64,000 nucleotides of DNA. Source: Spirochaetia bacterium (GTDB lineage: Bacteria; Spirochaetota; Spirochaetia; UBA9216). Below, piece by piece: positions 57,886-64,000 of the stretch (the stretch's first letter is position 1; every line of letters begins with the position of its first letter). Made by a program: the position numbers and the translations under genes. The DNA lies in the NCBI GenBank assembly GCA_963677925.2, contig CAXXYH010000003.1:832001-896000 (forward strand), given 5' to 3'. The notes under the pieces are model-generated. The model did no database searches and was not told the DNA's origin. It worked only from the letters and a program-made list of their open reading frames with translations.

Positions 57886-58981
57886 ATCAGAAATACCGGC
57901 CGCACTGCCGGATCGTGTCCTCATAATTGCCGAAACAGGATCAGCACATAACGGAGATCTATCAAAGGCTCTGGAGCTGGTAGACGCCGCGGCTGAATCA
58001 GGTGCAGACTGCCTTAAGACACAGATAATATTTGCTGACGAAATTATACACCCGGATACCGGTTATGTACCCCTCCCGGGAGGAAGCACACCGCTTTTTG
58101 ATGTATTCCGAAGCCTCGAACAGGGAAAGGATTTCTTTCTAAAAATGAAAGAACGAGCCGAAGAAAAGGGACTTCTGTTCTGTGCATCACCATTCGGGAC
58201 AAGAAGCCTTGCACTGATGCGTGAAATCGGATGCGGTATTATCAAGATAGCTTCACCCGAGCTTAATCACTTCCCGCTAATCAGGGAAGCCGCTGAAGGT
58301 GATGAACTGATGCTTCTGTCATCTGGAGTTTCAACTCTCGGAGATATTGAAAAGGCTCTGCTTATCAGCGGAATTGACAGGACAATACTTCTTCACTGCA
58401 TAACATCCTATCCTGCACCTGAGATTGAATACAATGTTAAGCTCATAAGAAATCTCCATGCAGTACTTGGAGTTCCTGTGGGGATCTCGGATCACAGTAC
58501 CAATCCTTTAATAGTACCATCCATAGCAACATATTACGGTGCCGTTGCAATCGAAAAGCACTTCACTCTGTCAAAGGAGGGAAAGGGACTTGATGATCCT
58601 ATTGCCCTTGTGCCTGAAACATTCCGGCAGATGACTGATGCGGTAAGGGAAGTTGAAAATCTCATGCCGAAACCGGAAGACGCGTATACTTCTCTATGTG
58701 AGAAGTTCGGAAAGGATCTGGTTGAAGAAGTCAGCGGTGACGGAGTTAAACATCTTGCTCCCTCTGAAGAAGCCAACTATACAACAACAAACCGCTCTAT
58801 TCACGCGGCAAGAAAGCTGAAACGCGGTGAGGTTCTCGGACCTGATAATATGATTATTCTAAGAACGGAAAAAGTCCTCAGGCCCGGACTCGGACCTGAA
58901 TATTACGATATGCTTATCGGAAAGAAGGTTAAAAGAGGTGTCGGCAACGGTCAGGGCATCATCTGGGATGACTTATTCTGA
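57854..58981 (+). CDS. N-acetylneuraminate synthase family protein (NeuB/SpsE-like, with SAF domain)
   Basis: IIAETGSAHNGD, KIASPE, LLHCITSYP, GISDHS, IEKHFTL, C-terminal SAF domain. Confidence 0.9.
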   Translation: MKKQKTTAETKSEIPAALPDRVLIIAETGSAHNGDLSKALELVDAAAESGADCLKTQIIFADEIIHPDTGYVPLPGGSTPLFDVFRSLEQGKDFFLKMKERAEEKGLLFCASPFGTRSLALMREIGCGIIKIASPELNHFPLIREAAEGDELMLLSSGVSTLGDIEKALLISGIDRTILLHCITSYPAPEIEYNVKLIRNLHAVLGVPVGISDHSTNPLIVPSIATYYGAVAIEKHFTLSKEGKGLDDPIALVPETFRQMTDAVREVENLMPKPEDAYTSLCEKFGKDLVEEVSGDGVKHLAPSEEANYTTTNRSIHAARKLKRGEVLGPDNMIILRTEKVLRPGLGPEYYDMLIGKKVKRGVGNGQGIIWDDLF

Positions 58982-59009
58982 CCGCCGTTCAACTTTCTGA
59001 ATAGTCCAC

Positions 59010-60782
59010 TCAGTCCTTATATTCTACCTTGACAATAGAGTCTTTGATTCCTTTTTCAAGTTCGTCAACTGCAGATTTACATTTTGTAATGATATCTGAC
59101 AGGGGAACTATCTCGGCTTCTCCGCCCTGTCTGTATTTAAACTCCAGCCCGCCTTTTTCAAGAGCTCTGCGGCCTACGGTGATTCTAAGCGGAATTCCGA
59201 TAAGATCAGCATCATTGAACTTGCTGCCGGGACTTTCCTGCCTGTCATCGAACAGAACTTCAATTCCAGCTGCTTTCAGATCTTCATAAAGTTTTTCTGC
59301 AACATCCTGAGCTTCAGTACCCTTTCTGTCATGAAGCAGGACTACATGAACCTGGAAGGGGGCAATACTTACCGGCCAGATGATTCCGTGATCATCATGA
59401 TGCTGCTCAACCACACAGCTCAGCAGCCGCCCTACTCCGATTCCGTAGGAACCCATGATTATCGGCTGAAGTTCTCCGTTCTGGTCCTGGTAGAGACATC
59501 CCATTGATTCGGAATATCTTGTTCCGAGTTTAAAGATATTACCAACCTCCACAGCTTTCTCGGCTTTGAGGACTGCACCGCATTCGATACACTTATGCCC
59601 CTTATCCGCGGCGGCTATATCAGTAACAATATCAGCCTTGTAATCGCGCCCGCAGTTAACATTAAGAAGATGAAAACCTTCCTCATTGGCGCCTGCTACT
59701 AGGTTTGGAGACTCTGCGACCAGATCATCAACGACAACCAAAGCATCCTTAACGCCGATCGGAGAGCCGTAGCCGGGCACTGAACCTCTCTGCTTGATTT
59801 CATCCTCATGGGCAGGCCGGAGATCCTTAGCCTGTACGGCATTGGCAAGCTTTGTTTCGTTGAGTTCCATGTCACCGCGGAGAACCGCCAGAACGAACTG
59901 TTCCTTTTCCTCATTGTCTTCCATCACAGTCGCAACCATGAACACAGCCTTTGCGGTCTTTGATTCGGGGATCTTCAGAAACTCAGCGAGATCCGCAATA
60001 GTCTTACAGTCCGGAGTTTCAACCTTTTCTGTTTCAGCCAAAGCTTCCTGTTCAGATTTATCCTTGGAAAATTCGGCAACCTGGCGGTTGGAATTGTATC
60101 CGCAGCTGTCACAGTAAATTATTGTATCCTCACCAATCGGAGTAAGATACATAAACTCGTGGGCAATCTTTCCGCCCATCATTCCCGTATCAGATTTAAC
60201 CGCGATAGCATCAAGCCCGCATCGGTGGAAGATGTCAAAATATGCCTGGTAGTGGGCTCTGTACTGCTTATCTAGACCTTCCCAGCTGGTATCCATACTG
60301 TAGGAGTCCTTCATTTTGAACTCACGCACACGAATAAGCCCGGCACGGGGTCTGGGGTCATCCCGCCATTTAGTCTGGATATGGTAAACCAGCGACGGCA
60401 TTTCCTTGTATGAACGTATGTATTTTTTTGCAAGGTCGCAGAGCGCTTCCTCGTGAGTCATCGCAAGCACCATATCGTGATCTTTTCTGTCCTTAAGGCG
60501 GGTCATCTCTGAGCCGATCTGATACCAGCGTCCTGAATCCTTCCACATATCTGCAGGAAGAACAACAGGCATGGTTATCTCCTGACCGCCGATCTTAGCC
60601 ATTTCATCATGCATTATTCTTTCGATTTTATTGAGAACCCTCCGTGCGAGAGGCAGATATGAGAACAGTCCGGCGGCAACCTGATGGATGTAGCCTCCGC
60701 GGATTAAATACTGATGAGAAACCGCCTGAGCATCCGATGGCGCTTCCTTGAGTGTATGTCCGAATATCTGTGAGAATCGCAT
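59010..60782 (-). CDS. proS: Proline--tRNA ligase (bacterial type with editing insertion)
   Basis: MTHEE, KWRDDPRPRAGLIRVREF, GANEEGFH, EVGNIFKLG, MGSYGIGVGR, DADLIGIP. Confidence 0.97.
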   Translation of the reverse strand: MRFSQIFGHTLKEAPSDAQAVSHQYLIRGGYIHQVAAGLFSYLPLARRVLNKIERIMHDEMAKIGGQEITMPVVLPADMWKDSGRWYQIGSEMTRLKDRKDHDMVLAMTHEEALCDLAKKYIRSYKEMPSLVYHIQTKWRDDPRPRAGLIRVREFKMKDSYSMDTSWEGLDKQYRAHYQAYFDIFHRCGLDAIAVKSDTGMMGGKIAHEFMYLTPIGEDTIIYCDSCGYNSNRQVAEFSKDKSEQEALAETEKVETPDCKTIADLAEFLKIPESKTAKAVFMVATVMEDNEEKEQFVLAVLRGDMELNETKLANAVQAKDLRPAHEDEIKQRGSVPGYGSPIGVKDALVVVDDLVAESPNLVAGANEEGFHLLNVNCGRDYKADIVTDIAAADKGHKCIECGAVLKAEKAVEVGNIFKLGTRYSESMGCLYQDQNGELQPIIMGSYGIGVGRLLSCVVEQHHDDHGIIWPVSIAPFQVHVVLLHDRKGTEAQDVAEKLYEDLKAAGIEVLFDDRQESPGSKFNDADLIGIPLRITVGRRALEKGGLEFKYRQGGEAEIVPLSDIITKCKSAVDELEKGIKDSIVKVEYKD

Positions 60783-61021
60783 TTAAAGTCTCCTTATGAA
60801 TCCGTAAGCCGTATTAAAGCTTAGATGTAAATCATTATTTTGAGGGAATATTCGCATATTTTCTGAATTAATTCAACTTGATGGAAATACCTTGTGTAAA
60901 TCCAAAATCCGGCAATCAAAGATATTTGCGTATCTATAAAATTTTAATCGATATTTTTTATTGATTAAGCATACTATTTATATTACAGTCTTACATAAAT
61001 TATACTTACTTGGAGAAACAC

Positions 61022-61510
61022 ATGAAGAAAAATCTAATGAAACTCATCATTGGTCTTCTGGCAGTGTCTGTGCTGACACTAAGCGGATGTAACCTGGCAA
61101 GCCAGATTATGGCGGAATCATGGGAAAGTGCTAAATTGTACGAAGCTTATGCTGCAGGAACAACTGTAGTTTCCGTTGATTATGAACTGACTTTTGATGA
61201 CGAGGAAAGTTACACAGCTGAAATGACCGGAACCTGGGGATCTACAACAGTATTCTCTACCCGTACAGGAAGTTACACACTCGATGGCAGCACTATCACA
61301 TTAACCGGCGTAGACCAGACTGATAATCTTGAGCAGACAAGTCTGTCTGAAATTCAGATTAATGCAGCATGGCTGTCACTTGCTCTTTTCCCGTCTGAAG
61401 GAAATACAGCAGAATTTACAGTTGAGAAGGGCAAGTATCTGGTTGTTTACGATGCGATAACCTTTACTGATGCTGACGGGAATGAGACAGTTTTCACAGC
61501 AGCAGACTGA
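61022..61510 (+). CDS. Hypothetical lipoprotein (lipocalin-like beta pattern)
   Basis: GGAG RBS, LSGC lipobox, TGSYTLDGSTITLT strand motif. Confidence 0.7.
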   Translation: MKKNLMKLIIGLLAVSVLTLSGCNLASQIMAESWESAKLYEAYAAGTTVVSVDYELTFDDEESYTAEMTGTWGSTTVFSTRTGSYTLDGSTITLTGVDQTDNLEQTSLSEIQINAAWLSLALFPSEGNTAEFTVEKGKYLVVYDAITFTDADGNETVFTAAD

Positions 61511-61535
61511 GTGATACTGAGATAGATTACATTAT

Positions 61536-61567
61536 AGCTGCTTCCGAATTTTCGGAGCAGCTTTTTT
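61536..61567 (+). terminator. Intrinsic terminator
   Basis: AGCTGCTTCCGAA-TT-TTCGGAGCAGCT followed by a T run. Confidence 0.8.
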
Positions 61568-62123
61568 ATTCCCTTGATTGCAGCTCATTCCGCAGAGCCT
61601 TCATCCTTGCCCGAAACACTGTATTTTTATAATCAGAAAGATTTGAGCCCAGCACCTCATCAAACAGAAGAACAGCTCTTTTCAGCGGCATGGCATTACG
61701 CCTGATGCCTATCAGAAAGTCGGAAGCTCTATGTTCATCACGTAGTATGAATTGAAGGAGTCCAAGGGCAATTGAAGCGGAACGTGATATTCCCCTCCAG
61801 CAGTGCAGTGTAAAGCCTGATGCAGATTCATTTTCGTTTTTCACAAAGTTCAGAACCTGCTCAATATCATCACGTTCGATCATCCTTTTATTATTGAAAG
61901 AAGCAAGGTTTTCAATATCATTTTCATCCCAGAATTCAAGATGAAGAATCGAACTGAAAGCTGATTCAATTTCAGGCGGTGTACTGCAGCGCGGGTCTCC
62001 GGGACATGTGCATTCAGGGTTATTGATCGATATACAGTGGGAATACACAGGTCTCCCCTTTCTCAGATGCTCAACAAGTTCTTCCTGTCCGAATATCTGG
62101 ATTTTTATAGCATCAGCGGTCAT
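61566..62123 (-). CDS. Predicted protein-tyrosine/dual-specificity phosphatase-like protein
   Basis: HCWRGISRS = CX5R(S) P-loop; LHLEFWD acid loop. Start at ATG 62123 preferred. Confidence 0.8.
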   Translation of the reverse strand: MTADAIKIQIFGQEELVEHLRKGRPVYSHCISINNPECTCPGDPRCSTPPEIESAFSSILHLEFWDENDIENLASFNNKRMIERDDIEQVLNFVKNENESASGFTLHCWRGISRSASIALGLLQFILRDEHRASDFLIGIRRNAMPLKRAVLLFDEVLGSNLSDYKNTVFRARMKALRNELQSRE

Positions 62124-62140
62124 ACATAGCCTTATGATAT

Positions 62141-63055
62141 TCAGGGATACTGAAAAACACCAAGATTCTCCCTGGCTGCTGTCCATGCGGCAGGGATGTC
62201 TTTTCCGAGGCTGTAAAGGCTGACAATGGATCCTACAATGGCACAGGTGGTGTCCCTGTCTCCCAATCCTGCGACGGTATTCCATAAAGCTTCGGCATAG
62301 TCATCATAAAACCTCTCAACTATCCAGAGACAGAAGGGCACAGTATCTACAGCAAGGATATTCTGCCCTGTACCGAGAATACCGGCAGCATCGTATGCAG
62401 TGGTTGTGCCGGGCAGGTTTCCGGCCTTCTCCACCTCATCTTTGAGCGTTCCGGCGGCAAGATATCTGATGACATATTCAAAAAGCCCCGGAACTTCATT
62501 GCGCCTGGTCTTCTGAACAACCCAGGAAGCTGCAAGTGCAACAGCTGCAGCGCCCTCCTGCCCTTCGGAGTGCATATGGGTTACCTGAGCGGAGAGCCTT
62601 GCCTCTGCAGCTGCTTTTTCCGGATTATCCCAGAAATATGCGCCGACCGGACCGACCCTCATTGCAGAACCGTTCCCGCATGAGCCCTGACCGTCAAAAG
62701 CTGCGGCGGAGAGGGTTTTCCAGTCAGAATCGTACATATAGTTGCCAAGCATGGCGTGAATACCTCTTCCGTAGCCTCTGGCCGGATCCTTCCTGTATTG
62801 CACAAGAAACTGCTTTGCCAGAAAGTCCCGGTCGATACGCGTGCGGGAAATCAGTGTTTTTACTATAGATATTCCCATCACAGTATCATCTGTACACTTC
62901 CAGGGCGGATCAGGCAGAATGCGTGAGTCAATTTTAGGAATAACTTCATCGTGATACCCGAAAAATTGTTCACCGAATGCATCTCCGACAGAAAGCCCCT
63001 GCAGGCTGATATCCGCAAGCTGTACACGTTCTGTTTTATCTTTAATTTCTAGCAA
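62141..63055 (-). CDS. ADP-ribosylglycohydrolase (DraG/ARH family)
   Basis: GLSVGDAFG, TDDT, GNGSAMR, AQVTH, GDRDTTCAIVG. TTG start at 63055 overlaps the upstream stop. Confidence 0.93.
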   Translation of the reverse strand: MLEIKDKTERVQLADISLQGLSVGDAFGEQFFGYHDEVIPKIDSRILPDPPWKCTDDTVMGISIVKTLISRTRIDRDFLAKQFLVQYRKDPARGYGRGIHAMLGNYMYDSDWKTLSAAAFDGQGSCGNGSAMRVGPVGAYFWDNPEKAAAEARLSAQVTHMHSEGQEGAAAVALAASWVVQKTRRNEVPGLFEYVIRYLAAGTLKDEVEKAGNLPGTTTAYDAAGILGTGQNILAVDTVPFCLWIVERFYDDYAEALWNTVAGLGDRDTTCAIVGSIVSLYSLGKDIPAAWTAARENLGVFQYP

Positions 63056-63741
63056 TTTGTGACCACCTGAAATCCTTCTTCCTTGCTGGTCTCCCATGTC
63101 TCATAATCGAAGCGATAGAATCTTGCCGCCCTGTGGGAAACATCCTGTTCAAAGCGTTCAAGCGGAATCAGCATTCCTGTCTTGTGAAGCTTCTTCTGAA
63201 AATTCCTGCGGTCAAGTGCTGTCCCGAGTATCAGTTCATATAGATGCTGGACCTGCCTTAGGGTAAACTCTTCCGGAAGAAATTCAAATACAAGAGGCCA
63301 ACGCTTTACTTTCTGCTGAAGTTTTGAAAGAGCATCTGTGAGGATCTGTCCGTGATCAAAAGCAGTTCGTGGAAGTTGAGAGACAGGAAACCAGGCTGCC
63401 TCACTTGCATCAGTATCAGCCTTCACATCATGGTCGAAAAGATTGACGATTGCGAAGTAAGCAATAGTGATCACCCGTTCTCTGGGGTCTCTACCGGGTT
63501 TGCCGTATGAACCGAACTCTTCAAGGTAGATGTTTTCAACACCGGTCTCTTCGCGCAGCTCTCTTTTGGCGGCATCAGGGATATCCTCATCAATACCGAC
63601 AAATCCTCCGGGGATTGCCCAGCTGTCTTTAAAAGGTTCAAGCAGCCTTTTTATCAGCAGAACCTTAAGTTCATTATTATCAAGTCCAAAAACCACGCAG
63701 TCTACTGTAACTGCCGGATGCGGGTATTTATACTGGTACAT
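63049..63741 (-). CDS. nrtR: NrtR-type Nudix hydrolase with C-terminal wHTH
   Basis: VTVDCVVF, WAIPGGFV, RELREETG Nudix box, RDPRERV, AFDH, FTLRQVQHLYE..LDRRNFQKK. Start at ATG 63741. Confidence 0.88.
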   Translation of the reverse strand: MYQYKYPHPAVTVDCVVFGLDNNELKVLLIKRLLEPFKDSWAIPGGFVGIDEDIPDAAKRELREETGVENIYLEEFGSYGKPGRDPRERVITIAYFAIVNLFDHDVKADTDASEAAWFPVSQLPRTAFDHGQILTDALSKLQQKVKRWPLVFEFLPEEFTLRQVQHLYELILGTALDRRNFQKKLHKTGMLIPLERFEQDVSHRAARFYRFDYETWETSKEEGFQVVTNC

Positions 63742-64000
63742 CTGTAATCCTGTCCTTCCGGCAGATTTGGTTTCTGCCGTTTTCCTTAGCGCATCTAGTA
63801 CGTTCGCTTGTTCTCTGAATAAAGTCGATAAGCTGATCATCCTTATGCGATAACTCCGCTACACCGACACTGAGGGTTATTGTAAAACGGCTTCCGTCGT
63901 AGGCATTAATCTGTGCCTCGCCCGCATTTATCCATATACGCTCGGCGACCTCATATGCTTCATCCTCATTTGTATCAGGCAGTACAACACACATTTCTTC
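63728..64000 (-). CDS. C-terminal part of a GGDEF diguanylate cyclase (runs off the window edge)
   Basis: EEMCVVLPDT...AERI...ITLSVGVA...AKENGRNQ. Confidence 0.85.
   Translation of the reverse strand, partial: EEMCVVLPDTNEDEAYEVAERIWINAGEAQINAYDGSRFTITLSVGVAELSHKDDQLIDFIQRTSERTRCAKENGRNQICRKDRITDVPV

Noticed and set aside
62124-62285. Long N-terminal extension given by the ORF track for the phosphatase
   Set aside because: It overlaps the ARH coding region in another frame and looks non-coding; ATG 62123 is more plausible. Similar over-extensions were trimmed for nrtR, ARH, ilvY and marR.
1-64000. CRISPR arrays, tRNA/rRNA genes, transposases, integrases, prophage genes and the many short antisense ORFs in the track
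   Set aside because: No repeat-spacer periodicity, RNA-gene signature or mobile-element motif was seen. The antisense ORFs lie within well-supported genes and lack motifs.

Overview
Gene-dense core-genome window, probably from a free-living anaerobic spirochaete. This is inferred from the spirochaete-style lipoprotein signals, the fabV/bat/LPP20 content and the eukaryote-type hexokinase. Main content in order: trpS; a fatty-acid synthesis cluster (fabH, fabDGFZV) interrupted by an XRE-cupin/acyl-CoA ligase pair; a MoxR-Bat operon; a preQ1-I riboswitch ahead of a queuosine-precursor transporter; a birA-bioY-ECF biotin operon with a BirA box; a double-MerR/hydrolase pair; ftsH; ilvY; an nrdR-nrdD-nrdG locus; a c-di-GMP protein; hexokinase; fumC; aroKC; arsC; the mercury-methylation genes hgcAB behind a Cys-rich MarR; serS-pncB-neuB; proS; and an NrtR/ADP-ribosylhydrolase/phosphatase operon. 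No rRNA, tRNA, CRISPR array or mobile element was recognised. The most striking observations are: (1) a split class III ribonucleotide reductase whose glycyl-radical segment is a separate small protein fused to a CPNC thioredoxin-like domain, with coiled-coil-like helices on both sides of the break; (2) a leaderless marR-hgcA-hgcB operon with tandem GTTG-N7-CAAC boxes, tail-to-tail with arsC; (3) a 19-bp palindrome shared by the fabH and fabD promoters; (4) a G-U-rich long-range helix in the 5' leader of a TRAP binding-protein gene. All calls come from reading motifs by eye; no database searches were run.
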